Source: Raillietiella orientalis
Taxonomy: Eukaryota
Assembly (NCBI GenBank): GCA_036172245.1
Contig: JAYWIR010000054.1
Coordinates: 310,001-374,000 of the forward strand
DNA: 64,000 bases
Direction: 5' to 3'
Made by a program: the position numbers and the translations under genes. Shown here in pieces: positions 38,300 to 50,639 of this stretch; position 1 is the first letter of the stretch, and every line of letters starts with the position of its first letter. The notes beneath the pieces were generated by a model, which saw only the letters and a list, made by a program, of their open reading frames with translations, was not told where the DNA came from and searched no databases.

Positions 38300-38576
38300 G
38301 CAACATTGGTATCATCAACAATATCAATAATGCTTTACCATTGATAATAAAGAAAATTTATATGTTCGTTATGTATAAAAAGTACATACTTGTGTGTACA
38401 CAGGTTAATGCATATTCTAAAAATTATATGTGCTTATTATATATTTTAATATAATTACTTATATGTTAACTATGATACGTATACAATAATATATAAAGTG
38501 ATCATGATAAACGTAAATACATATATAATAATAAATAGTTAGTTATTTTTTTTTGATCTTTCGGGATTTCGATTGG
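38300..38576. mobile_element. AT-rich MITE-like remnant with one terminus
   Basis: Ends in gatctttcgggatttcgattgg, which matches the termini of 56999-57372. Confidence 0.5.
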
Positions 38577-39989
38577 CATCGCCTTCCACCAGCATGGCGC
38601 TTCTTTCCCCTTAGGTGGATGTCGAAGTCTCCTGCCACCGTCCCGGCTTGGGGAGCAGCGCACCTTCCCAGCCGGCTCAGGGAATGAGACCCATCTTCGT
38701 TGAGCAGCTCTCTGCGCTCCCGAAGGGTGCCTTCCCCTGGGAATGGAGTCGGCGCCGGTGAAGGAATCACCTCGTCCTCCTGGTACCACTGCGTTTCGGC
38801 CGAGCGTGGGGTCTCTGCCGAGGGTTACAGAGGAACCCCTCCCCCTCCTTCCCAGAGGAGTGGGTGTCCCACCTCTCCCGCTGAGATCCTGCGGCAGATG
38901 CCTGCAGCGCCCACGATTGCTCGTAAGGCTCTTCCCCTGTTTGCTTCATCGAAGGGTTGCGTCTCCGATTTGTCGGTGGGCCTGAGACTTCCCGAATTTT
39001 TCCCCAGAGGCTGAGCGGAACTGTTCTTAGGGACGCGCTCCAGGATCGCTTGCGGCTTCCCCCTTCCCTCCCATTCCCATCGCCAAACCTTCCCGCATCG
39101 GTTCGGCGCGATTTTGACTACGTGCACAGAAGTCGAAAGGTCATGTCAAAAGGACTCGTCGCAGACCATACGTCTCCTTCACATGCGGTCGGTGTCGCTC
39201 GGTGGCCCTTGACCGGAGCGCCTTCCAGCTTGCACAGGACGTCTTCAGCGTACACTTCCTGGACGATGAGCCGGACTGCGTGCACGACCGGTGACCCGTA
39301 GATGCCACCCGCCCTGGGTGCTTCTGAGCAAGCCGCTTCCATGCTTTCCTCAGGGGTCAGGAGACTTTCGGGTGCCGGTGCCGCGTCACATTGGACATGG
39401 TGGACAGCCTGCTCTTCAGCGCCTACTTCAGGTTGGTGCTCCGACGGCACACCGGGCCACCTCGCCGAGCTAGTATTCCGCCACTCCTGGCTAGCGTTTG
39501 CTTCTGTCCACGACCTTCCTCTCGACCCCGCTCCGCGTTGTCAGCCCCGGAGGCAGCAACCCAAGGATTCTTTGAGCTCATCCGATCGCGGTGCTGGCAT
39601 GGAGGTCAACGGGAACGAAATCGTCCGTGTGTGCAGTCGGTTCGGCGTAGGGTAGGACAGCCGAACTGGGTCCAGCTTGGGGATCCCCACGGCTCGGAAC
39701 TTCCAAGTACTTCAGTGCGCCGGGGAGGAATTTTTAATTTTTCTCCATAGGAGACACAGTTTAGCTGTCTACAGTGGGGAGATGGGCGAGAATCATCCTG
39801 GAAGCGAGGCAGCGAAGAAGGGCAGCGTCCGCGATCTTCCAGCTCCGCTCGCTATTCGCTGAAGAAGATGGCGGATTGCCCGAGGAAGACCCTGTGGACC
39901 CGGGAAACCTTTCTGGCGCTCCATGAGGGACAGCCAGGACAGCCGCCAACCCGCGATGCGGGAAGTGAACTTCGAGGCCACAGGAAAAG

Positions 39990-40640
39990 AGAAGCGGTTG
40001 GGATGCTGGACGGCGCGTACAGCCTCCCGCTACCCTCCTCGAAGGACTTCTCCGCTGGGCGAATCTCTTTGGAATCCCGTTGGAGGAAGTGGAGACTCCC
40101 ATAGTATTCCTGAACAGCTCCCACCCTCCCCTGAAGTGGCAGGACTCGGCGTCACGACTGCTGCTTCGGGTCATCCCATGCAACTCGCGCCTCCACCACT
40201 GGACCAGGGGAAGTGCGACCTCAAAGTGTGGCAGGTGCGGAGAAAGGGAAACGTCAGTGGACCTGCCTTTGGTCGTGTGTTGCCCTCCGGTGCGTGTGGG
40301 GACGTTTGACCACGTCCCTAAACCTCCCAGAAGACCATCCGAGGGCCTTTTTCGGACGCGTGGCGGGGGGTCGCTTGCCGCGACGACCGCGGCTTCGTGC
40401 TGCGTACGCGAGACCGTGGCGGCTGGAAGACACGACGACAGAGGCCGGAGCAACAGAGAAGCCACCACCTCCTTCGTCTTCTCTTTGCTGAGGATTGAAG
40501 AGAGATGGCCGTACCTGGTGGAACTTGCCGGCACCCTTAGGAGGATGCAGAGGCCGCCAGGGAGCAACCTGTAGTCCCTTCCCATGCTTCCCCAAACATT
40601 TAAAGACCCTTTTTTGTTTAACGTTTCCTTCTTTTTTTTG
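39990..40640 (+). mobile_element. L1/Tx1-like 3' end
   Basis: PLKWQDSASRLLLRVIPCNSRLHHWTRGSATSKCGRCGERET...RWPYLVELAGTLRRMQRPP. Confidence 0.85.
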
Positions 40641-41769
40641 GGGGGGGGAGGGGGATGTCATCTCCCTTGCCCTCAATTTTTCCCCGGCGCGGACCCCTCC
40701 TGGCACTGAGCTGCCACTACGGAAATCCCAAACGATTCATTGACAAAATTATAATTTTTTTTTTTTCCAATGGACACCGAGTGAAGATGCTTCCTCACTC
40801 TGGACCGTCGTAAAGCTGGAGGGGAGTTTCCTCCTCGCAGTGGCACACGACCTTCCCAACGGCTTGCTTGGATTCTTTCTTGTCGGGACCTCCAGCGTGC
40901 CTGCATGCGGCGTCGGGCGAAGGCAAAAGTTTCACCATCTCCTCGTGTGGTGTTTTTTTCTTTTTCTTTGCTTTGCCAACATTCTGTCAGTCTTCACTGG
41001 TCGAATTCTGCGATCAGAACACACCGAGTGCCTATGATAACCGGATGCACGAATCGGGAAAGTGCCGGGGACCCTAAAGTGCGTCCGCCCCTTTGCTAAC
41101 TCAAACCCGAAGTTCATTTATGATTGACAGCGCGAGTTGGTGTGGAAGGAAGGATTCTCTGCTCACGAATGTGCTCCTTCAGAGCTCCAGATCCTCAAGG
41201 CCCTTCCTGTCCGAAAGACACCCTGTAGCTGAAGAAGCAGCCTCGAAATGGAAAGAAATCCTCGTAGCCACCACGCGATAACAGAGAGAAAACGAACCAA
41301 AGGAAAGCGATAGTAGTGGACCGTGGCTCGCCTGCAAGGTTTCATGTTTTCCAGGGTAGAAACAGCCATGAAGAGAGAAGAAATATGAAAACCTTTGTGT
41401 GTGCGTGTGTAAAGGCTCTAGAAAAGCTGAACCGCAAAGATTTTGTGCCTTTCCGTTTCCCATAGCCTTGCTCTGTCTACCTTCCCAGCTTCTTTCATCG
41501 CTGATTGAAAGCCAGAGGCGTCTCATGGTGCGGTGACCGCCCTTTGTGTTTCGATTATGGCTTCGCTCTTGCTTTTGGCAGCAGCAGATGCTCGTTCCTG
41601 GATGAGACGCTGACTCTTGTCTCAGATGCCTGTTTGTGGCACTCCTCTGCGTGCAGCGACACGACGCATCACTTCGGGGACTAAAAACCGGAAATGGAAG
41701 ACGGAAAGAGGAGGCTCCCTGCAAGCAACCCATCCTCGGAATGGATTCTCGTCTCTATTCGGATCGAGC

Positions 41770-42230
41770 TAGGGAAGAAGAATGGTCATGCTGGAACGTC
41801 AGCTGCCCCTTCGAGAGCATTCCTCACGCCTCTCCCCGAGAGGCGATCGAGAAAGACAGAAGAACTAAACGCAAAGAACTCGTTCTCACCATATCGATGA
41901 AGGATGTCCAGCTAACCGAACCCTAACAGTGGGCTCCCTAGGGCTCTGGGACCCACAAAGTGAAGAGATGACTCGAAAACTGGAGATCTCTAGGGTGTAC
42001 TTTGACACAAGAAGACGCCTTATGGCTGCCTCCAACATCCAGTTTGGCCGCGAAATCTGTGGAACCCAAAGGTTGTGACCCCGCCCGGAACATCAAGGCC
42101 CAAGAACTGGTACCGACCGATGCGGATGTCGCCTGGAGGATCCTTAGAAAAGATGCCACAACCCATGGAAACAGAGCAAGAAGATGAAAACAGGACATGA
42201 AGATGAAAACTGCGAAGATTTTGTCCCTTT
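41770..42230 (+). mobile_element. Family E repeat, copy 2
   Basis: Colinear with 4495-5160 but lacks the expanded tandem. Confidence 0.65.
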
Positions 42231-44329
42231 CATTCTATGCGATCCTTCCATCCACTGAGTACACAAAGGCAGCTTTCGGGACAAGAGTTGCCAGCACTTG
42301 AAGAACGTAGGCGTTCTAGGCATCCCATGACCCCATGTCGCGCCAGCTGACTCTTGAACTTGCGGGTGCGAAAGTCACTGGCAGAAACCGAATTGAAACG
42401 CTTGGTCATGAACACCATCCGTGCGTGAACGGACGCGTCCATTCATGTCATTGAGCGATGGCTCGAAACGTGCGCCGCTTTCAATCGAAGAACACGGAAG
42501 AGACTTGCCCGAGTTGCCGTGAAGTGGAGGACCTTCATGCCTTACGCCCGTCTTCACTCACGAGGCGGCCCACTCCCATTGTCTTTCCGTTTTCGTTTTT
42601 CCGGGAAGGTGAGCCCACTGTACTCGATGGAAGAATAGCTCGAGATGGCAGTTTTTCTCTGTCACGTTGGTATTGAGCAGACAATGAATTTCACCTTTGA
42701 GGAATGGCTTGCCGTAAAACCTAAAATTGGATCGCGACACATCTTACCAAGTACACACCACCTCATGGTGTTCCATCCCGACCTCCAAGCGAAGTCACTC
42801 CATCACCTACGTCACCACTGTGTACCGCCGCACAGCGTACATTCTATGCTCCATTTTCGGGGCACGCAATCTGTATAGTGAAGTCGGTCCTGCAGGATCG
42901 AACCACTGTGGATGCGGACTGTTAGTGAGGGATTTATACGTTATTGTTTTGCGTGTGGTGGCGAGGTCAAAGAGTACCATACTAACCACGCGTCAATCCG
43001 TCAGGGTAGTTTCGTAGCCATCGTGGTTTGTTGTGATCTTTGGCTTGTTTCATGCGCTGGTGTTCATTGCAATGATTGTGGTTAATTCAAGAATTGTGAT
43101 TGGCATACAGGGGAAAAGCTGGTCAGTGCATGATAACGAGAATGCAAGCAATGGTGACGTTCATTCCAACGCCCCCATTACGTCAACAAGAAGGACTCCC
43201 GCAGTCAGCAAATTTCTCACAACCCACATTCAAAATCATTTGCTTCATCTTCTGCACCCTCTAACCACCTTTTCAACCTTATAACCACAATATCGGCTTG
43301 ATTCTAGCCACAGCATCAGTCCACCGATCCTTCTTGCTTCACCCGTACACGTACCACAACCATTCTTGCACCTTTCTCTCCAGCATCACCAAAGCTGCAA
43401 GGAGTTTTCATCTGTTTCGTGAGTTCCAGAAGTCAAAGGGCACGCTACCGAAATCTTGCGCGAAGGCTTGAAAAAAAAAAAAAAAAAGTACACACACAAA
43501 AAAATGTAAGTATAAAGATGACTACAATCCATTCAATGGCAAGTCGAGAAAGTTCGAAAAAAAGAAGAACGTGACGTCATGACTCTGAAGTTTGCTACTT
43601 CTATTCACTAATTTGGAGCATCGGTGAAGATGGAAAATACTCTATGAAAGAAAGGAAAAAAATGCAGCTGTTATCCCGTACTCCTTTATTGGACTCATAA
43701 GACTGGAACTCCTTATGTAGAAATGCGAGTGGAGCCAAAAAAAAGGGAATAAAGAGTACATAAGACCAAAAAAAAAAAAAAATTGGATGGAGTCAAATTG
43801 GAAAATTTATTTGACATCTCTGCTTTATGGCTTCAGTAATTCAATGCTCTCAGGCAGGTCCCATGCAAACAAGCGTGCCACGTAATGACACTAATAAATC
43901 ACCATGATCGAATCCACATTTACTACCTCTAATTTATTACCTCCAGATATTGTGCTTATCAACACTGTGACGTCGAACAAACAGCTGAGGGCTACCGGAC
44001 GAGTGCCCGATGGGTGGGGAATGCGTCCTCGAAACCGTTCGCTTCTAGTCTTGAAAAATCCCGCGATTCCAGTAGAGCAGCTCGTGTCCGGGTTCGTCTC
44101 CAGTTGCCGAGACAACACCAGGAGCCCACCAGCGCTTCCCGTCCCGGCTGGAAGCAACGTCTCCAAAGATGGGTCAGCACGCTGACAGGCGACCAGAAGC
44201 CCGGAGCCACGCCAGCCGCACCTCTCGTCATCCGCAATACGGAAGGCAGCCCGCGTAGGCTGCTGTGTGGCTGAGGTCCCTGCGCGTGTACCAAGCGTCG
44301 CGGGTTCGAATACCCGTAAAGGATCGACG

Positions 44330-44910
44330 TGGGGAAAAAAGACGCAGCTGGGATGCTGGGCGACGCGTCAACTGGCTGTACCCCCACCGCCCTCCCCAAA
44401 GGAATTCGTCCCTGGGTGGAATTCCTGGACGTTCCTCCTGATGAGGTACCCGATGCTTGTGGACAGCTCCACGCTTCTCCTGAAGTGGCAGGACTCCGCA
44501 TTGCAGTTGTTGCACTGGGCGATCCCATGCAAGGCGCGAGTCCACCACTGGACAAGAGGGAGTGCGGCCCCAGACTACGCCAGGTGCGGGGAACGGGAAA
44601 CCTTCCCGTGCCTGTCGTTGGATCGTGTTGCCTTCAGTGTCTGGGAATGCTTCGCTGCGGACCTCACCATTCCCGATGGACAACGGCAGAGAGGTCTTGC
44701 GGCGTTTGTCTCCTGCAGCTTCCTCCTTTGCAGCCCCGTGCTGCCTTGGTGGGGGGGTCGTCGCGGTAGCGAGAAGCCGCGTCGAGAAAGGCCAGTCGAA
44801 CGGGGAGGCCATCCCAATCGTCAGCTCGTTCATGAGGAAGGAGGCAAGATGGCCACATCCCTGCCAATAAAAGGAGTAAGTTGTCAACATCCTCCAGAGG
44901 ATGCTCAGGA
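44330..44910 (+). mobile_element. L1/Tx1-like 3' end (probably extends left to ~44000)
   Basis: LLKWQDSALQLLHWAIPCKARVHHWTRGSAAPDYARCGERETFP; followed by (CCTAA)2-3 at ~44933-44953. Confidence 0.85.
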
Positions 44911-45169
44911 AATAAGCAAGAAATCTGTGATACCTTACCTAACCTAACCTACCCTTCCTTTCCCTCCCCCCCCCCCCTTCTAATATTTTTTAAAACTGAA
45001 ATTTGGATTTTTTTTGTTTCGGCCGGAAGGAAGCAGAGCCTCCGAGGCATCTCCCTTCCTTCGTAGTGGCAATGGTTTCACATCCAAGAAAGACATTTTA
45101 TATTTTACATATTTTTTTTTTGCAAATATTTTTTTCACAATAAAATCCCCGGAGCGACCGGTTGAAAAT

Positions 45170-45725
45170 AAAAGATCGACGCCAGAGAAATCGGGGATGC
45201 GTCGTGAGTTCGAGTTCTTCCCGCAAGATGACGCCGATTGGCCGATAGGCATCGGCCGCGGCACCATGGGTGGAAGCTGGAAACCGAATGCTCCCGTTGA
45301 GAGGTCGGGATTGGAAGTCCGGGATACTTCCAGGAACCAAGCAGTTCCCATCCGGTTGTGGAAATGGACCCGTCCATCATGTACCATAGAGTTGGTTGAT
45401 ACCTCCTGAAGGGGTTGCCCCTCCAGAGTGTAAGAAGAGCGCTGCCTCCTTCGGATAGCATCCCTGAGAGAAATTAAGGGGTTCTCTTCGGGGTTCTCTA
45501 CAAACAAACGAGGAGCGGATCCCTTCCGGGGGGTTCCTCCGGAGAGAATAAGGAGAGGTTCCCTCCCAAGCGTGAGAGGAAGGGACTCCTATCTCCGGAG
45601 CCCTCCCTGGATTCATAGGGTGGTTCACGAACTACGCACACCCTCGAGTGGCTTGGACAGTACTAACGAGCTGCACCAGCCCCTAGGCGAACGGCTCTTG
45701 AGTACTTAGTAAACCAAAAAAAAAA
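45170..45725 (+). mobile_element. Family D copy with 3' A-tail
   Basis: Ends ctcttgagtacttagtaaacc(A)10; the other copies end at the equivalent position on the minus strand. Confidence 0.75.
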
Positions 45726-47539
45726 TAGGGAACCTGGGGGGGGGAGAGAGAGCTGGGAGGAAAGCAGGGAGAAGCCGCACGTAGGAGCATATTCCCCCCC
45801 CCCCCCCACACACACACAGTGGAATAGATACAGGTAGCAGTCGCGAGACCAAGCGAACCCCCTATGCCGGACACAGCGCGCATTCCGCACTCTGGGGACG
45901 CACACGAAGATTCTACTGCTCCGCGGGGAGGACCACATGAGTCGGATATTCCAGGAAACTGTTGACTCAACGCTTGCCAGAGCTGGCGCTCCCGGCCCGC
46001 GAGCTGACGATCACGGGAACGCGACAAAGAGTCCAAAGGGCGTGGAGATGCTGCGCGCGCGAGCAGAATGCCCAGCTCAGGTTTCCGGAGTCGGAACCTC
46101 TGAAGATCCACACGAGGAAAAAGACAATCTACTGATGAAGTGCACAAAGGGACACAGGACAGCCGTGCTTGCAACGTCAGGCCACTGCGTCGGACCTGCT
46201 GCCGTCCCGGAGGCTGTGACCGCCAGTTTGACGAAGACCGCGAGAAAAAAATACGAAAAGGCAGCACTTTCATGTGAGGATGCTGAACAGTCCACACAGA
46301 TGAATGGAATCAGCGCTGAATACAACCTTCGAAGAAATCGATTTCGTCACCGGTGAAGATCACGTGCAATCGATACACGTATCTATGCTGAAGTCGTAAT
46401 CACGGAAAGAAATCACCTAGCGCCAGGAACTCTTCAAAGCTGTGCTTGGCCTTTGTTCGGCAGATGGGCTTTCAAGGATGCAGAAACGGGGGAAAAAAAT
46501 CTCCTCGGGATATCTACAGAATGTGATCGTTTGCTGCTTGTGGCACAATGGAGTCGGTGGCGACCTGATGGCATCCGCACAACCAGCGTGAGCTTCTTGC
46601 ATGCCGCCCAGAGACCTACAAGCTGCGAGGTCACCTGCCGAGGTACGACAACTGTGGTGGCGGAGTCCGTGTGCGTCGCGTGGAGCTTTGCTCGGCAATC
46701 CTGGAAGAGCGAGAAACTGCTGCCGCATGCACCTGCCCGTGACCTGCCAAGACGTAGTCGTTCTCTCCTGCACACGCATGCGATGCCTGAAATCAGAGGA
46801 CGCACGAAGGATTTCGATTCAGAACACGGATCGCTTGCACAGGAGAGAGAGGGAAGAGGCCCAGTCGGCTAGAGTGGCTTTCCTGGAAGGGGCCGAAGAG
46901 CCAGCGGCACTGTAAGAAGCAGGCGAACCGTAAGTCACGGCGCCTCCGTCCTTTAAACCAGAAGAGTAGCGAATCGGAGCTGCGGGGCAAAAGTCCTCGG
47001 ACGACGCTGCTCTCCGACAAATAAATGGGCCCATCTTGAACCTCCCACTGCGAGGTTGCTCTTCCCCCAAACCCTGACCAAACCACAAGCTCAAGACCCA
47101 GGGGAAACGGTCCTGTGGTTTCCCCGAAGGCATCAAGCTGGTTTCCTTTCCTTGAAGCCACCGGGACAGAGACCATGACATGGAGTGTCAACGCACGACG
47201 CCAGCTGGTAAATGACAACCCCTAGAAAACAGAAACGGTCCAAAGATTTCCGCTCGCAAGCAGCGGTGAAAGCCATCAAATCAACCATTCTTTCCCCCCA
47301 GAGGAACCTCGCGAATCCCGAATGCCCTATCGGGGGGAAGTGACACAGGGCTGCTTTCTTTGCTGCTCTGGAAGGAACCAACGTTCCGCTCCTCGCGCTG
47401 CACAGCAGAGACGCCCGTCCTCTAGTCCACTAGGAAGACATGGGCCAACACCTCACGAACTCGCTTGACGCGCGCTATCCCCTCCCCTCCCCCACACACT
47501 GACAGAACGACAGGGGAAAACCCGTCAAGAAATGGTCCC

Positions 47540-47760
47540 CCATTTTCCCAATCCGTCAAGCGGTGGGGTAATTTATTTGCACCTCAACCAGATTACAATT
47601 TCAAAGGAAGACGGCGGCATCAGCATCGAGAGTCCTTCTGCTCGCGCTCGCGTCTTCAACAATTTTACCTGGAATATTCACGTCCTCCCTGGTGCAAACT
47701 ATTCGTCGACGATGCAGGGGATAGGCCTTGCACACCCGTTCATCAGCAGGAGCAAGGTAG
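47540..47760 (+). pseudogene. L1/Tx1-like ORF2 post-RT fragment
   Basis: LNQITISKEDGGISIESPSARARVF / FYLEYSRPPWCKLF resembles the PK..GGLG..D and PW motifs. Confidence 0.45.
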
Positions 47761-47765
47761 TACCT

Positions 47766-49271
47766 CTATTTGGCACGTCCTTTTTTCCCCTTCACACCCT
47801 TCTTCTGTCCAGGCATTGGTCCTTTCTTTAGTCGGATTTGACCTGATTGCACGTCGGTGTGCGGCTCCCTGGAGGCCGCATTTTCGGCGCCTTGATTCGC
47901 GGTCCCCTTCTTAGCTTGTGGTTTCAGCTGTTCTACCTGCTGCTCTCTGCCACCGCCGGCTGACCCGGTCGTGGATGTTTGCTTCTGCTCGAGCTCTGCC
48001 TTGCTCTTCTGGGATGGAGGGCACTGTTGAGTCTTGTTGATCTGGTCTGGCAGCCCACGGCACTGTGCTTCACTGCCTTGTGGCTTCCTTGTGGCTTCCG
48101 CGGGCCGGTTGTCAGATCGGCGCGGGTTTTCTTCCGGACGCACCGCGGCACCACTGTTTTGTGTACAGTTCCCAAGCTGCTGCGTTCGCTTCTCATGAGA
48201 AGGTATCTGCACTTTCTGAACAGCATTTTCCGGTTGCTTTTGTGCGACAGGCGTGCTGCTTTGCTTCTCGCTTTTCTTCACCTTTTCGTTCTTTCCTTCC
48301 GCCTTGGTGGAGTCACCACTCGTGGTCAGCTTCCCTGCCGGCGGTAGTTCGTTCCCTATGTGGCTGATATCTTCCGGTGACCTCTTTTTCAGATCCTGCA
48401 GTATTGCCTGTACTTTACGCCACTGCGTGTACTTATGACAGTCCTTCCTCATGTGTCCAGGCCGCTTGCAAAAGTGACACTCCACCGGCTGGGTGCATTC
48501 ATAGTGCAGGTGGCCTTCCTGACCACACTTGTAGCACTTCGCCTTTGGGCAACCTGCTACTCGGTGACCAAACTGCTTGCAGACCATGCAAAACGTGGGC
48601 TGCTGCTTGTATTTTATCCTCACTTCCTGGGAATACGAGTCAATCATGTCGACTCCTGGAATGGCCGCTTCCTCATCAAGTTTTATTTTCAAGGTTCCTT
48701 CTCCGGAGAAGATCACACCTTTCAGGCTTTTGAACTGAACATCTTTTACTTCTCCGTATTGGGAGAAGTACTTCCAGATCGCCATCTTGTTAGTTTGGAA
48801 ACTGACGCCCGAGAAGAACACTGTCGTGTTGGTTGTCTCCCCGATACCGCGGATAAGACGGCCGTTGAGATTTATGCCTTCTTCAATGAGGGTGTCTGCT
48901 AGCTCTTCACAATCTGTGTGAATCGTGAACCCTCTGCTATACGGCACGATCGCCTGTATGTGGCTGAAGTCCACATTCTTCTTGAACAATGCGACATAAA
49001 TATTTCGTGGTTGCGCTAGTCTCACTGCCCCTATCTCGAAGGTAACTGTCTTGACTTCCGGGCCCACTTTGAAGATGGGCTCATCAGCTCTTTCGATCTT
49101 TAGTACGGCGGGCTCCACGTAACGCGTCGTCTGCGGCGGTGTACTTCCGGCCGCTCCCGATGTCGTCGCCACGGCCGCTTCCGCCTGCACAGCGGAGGCG
49201 GCTGCTGCCGAAGTCGTCTCCGTGGCTGGCGCAGCCGGCTTCCTTCCCGGCTTCGACTTGCGTATCACCAT
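47766..49271 (-). CDS. Intact L1/Tx1 ORF1-type (gag-like, ZCCHC3-like) nucleic-acid-binding protein, ~501 aa
   Basis: Uninterrupted ORF with first ATG at 49271 (open from 49331). It has an RRM-like segment (TVFFSGVSF...YFSQYGEVKDVQ...SGEGTLKI), three CX2CX4HX4C knuckles (CMVCKQFGHRVAGC, CYKCGQEGHLHYEC, CHFCKRPGHMRKDC) and a basic low-complexity tail. Confidence 0.9.
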   Translation of the reverse strand: MVIRKSKPGRKPAAPATETTSAAAASAVQAEAAVATTSGAAGSTPPQTTRYVEPAVLKIERADEPIFKVGPEVKTVTFEIGAVRLAQPRNIYVALFKKNVDFSHIQAIVPYSRGFTIHTDCEELADTLIEEGINLNGRLIRGIGETTNTTVFFSGVSFQTNKMAIWKYFSQYGEVKDVQFKSLKGVIFSGEGTLKIKLDEEAAIPGVDMIDSYSQEVRIKYKQQPTFCMVCKQFGHRVAGCPKAKCYKCGQEGHLHYECTQPVECHFCKRPGHMRKDCHKYTQWRKVQAILQDLKKRSPEDISHIGNELPPAGKLTTSGDSTKAEGKNEKVKKSEKQSSTPVAQKQPENAVQKVQIPSHEKRTQQLGNCTQNSGAAVRPEENPRRSDNRPAEATRKPQGSEAQCRGLPDQINKTQQCPPSQKSKAELEQKQTSTTGSAGGGREQQVEQLKPQAKKGTANQGAENAASREPHTDVQSGQIRLKKGPMPGQKKGVKGKKGRAK

Positions 49272-50639
49272 AACAAGACTGCGCTGTGCTGTCACGCGGT
49301 TCGTCTCCAAGTCCTTCCTCCGCACTAGCAAGTCCTGTCACTGTTGGGTGTGTGCTGGGGGTGGAAGGGAGGGATCATAAAGACAATATACCACTGCCAT
49401 CGACACAAACTGTGTGGTATCGTCCTTGAAACAACTATGTACCATTCCCTTTAGCCCTATTTCCCCACTCTGCCCCGTTGGCATTCCACAGCCGACTCAG
49501 GTGGGCTCGAAATCATGGAATCCCTACCTGCATAATGAGGTATTCATAAACATAGTGCCCCAAAGACAGACCAAAGTCTCGATCCGCCACCTTGCTTGTA
49601 CCAACCTGCAATTCAGGGCTGGACGGGAAACGAGCGAAGCAGGTTTTCCTGAAAGCATTCTGGAGAGGGAAGACCGCTCTTCGAAAGACCAGGAAGACCA
49701 TGCCTCTCGCTTCGTCTGGAAAGATCTGCTGCTGCTAATCCAACTCCCGTACAAGATCATCTTCAGTCGAGCGCCCTTGTCTCTTGGCTTTCTGAAGTCC
49801 TTGAGTCGCTTCTTCGCCCCCTCTCGACGTGATGACGGCAAGAGAAAGCCGACAGCTGCGTAGCAACCTTTTCGACAAGGCCGACAGGCTCATTGTGTTG
49901 CAATGGTAACCCCCCCGTGCGCGGGAAATCCGGCTGTGCGGTGCCGCGAACGCGAAACCCCACACTTCGCCCTCGTCGCCACATCGACGGAAACGCAAAG
50001 AACAAAGTCGGCTTCATCAAAAGAAAAGGCAGAGCGGACGCTTTGATGGCTTCCGACCTACGAGAATATCTCCCATCATCCAAGCACGCCCTCCGGTTCA
50101 CAGAGTCCGGATACATAGCTATTGCAATGCAGAAAAGTGCACATGATCCTTGGGCATGATCCCAGTGATTCTTGGGATCCCGAGAATTCCTAGGCATCCC
50201 TAGGCTGAGCACACCATCGCACCTGCCCAACCATCCATCCATCTACCAAGTGGCAGCAGCGGCACGAGATACCGTCCAAGCTGCTTGGCCATGCTCGACG
50301 GCGACAGCACATGCCAAGATACGGTGCAGTCGAGCTAGCAGACGCGAGCAGGAGGTGGGAGAAGGGGAAGGCAAAGAAGAAGTTCCCAAGAGGACTCCCC
50401 AATTTCCATGGATGGAGGCGGTGACAACGATAACTGCAGCCCTCTTCCACATCATGAAAATACCCTCACAATGTGGGATACCATTCTCTTCCGTAGGTTT
50501 CATCACGCAACACACTTATTCACTAGTCCAAATATTAGAAACATCCGGGGAAGGATGGAGCTACTATACAGAGAGTTAAGGTCTTCCAGTAGCTGTTCAA
50601 TCAATAACTCTGCAGTTGGTCAAAATGAGACACTGTGAC

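Noticed and set aside
39118..39450. GSP...YAEDV resembling RT motifs
   Set aside because: Wrong spacing, not YADD, and no other RT motifs nearby.
44296..44315. gtcgcgggttcgaatacc B-box-like motif
   Set aside because: It lies at the edge of LINE ORF2-derived sequence, with no tRNA arms or A-box.
47478..49376. Imperfect inverted cccctccc...cacacac...gacagg motifs flanking the solo ORF1 as possible TIRs
   Set aside because: Low-complexity sequence that needs gaps to align, and no TSD was found.
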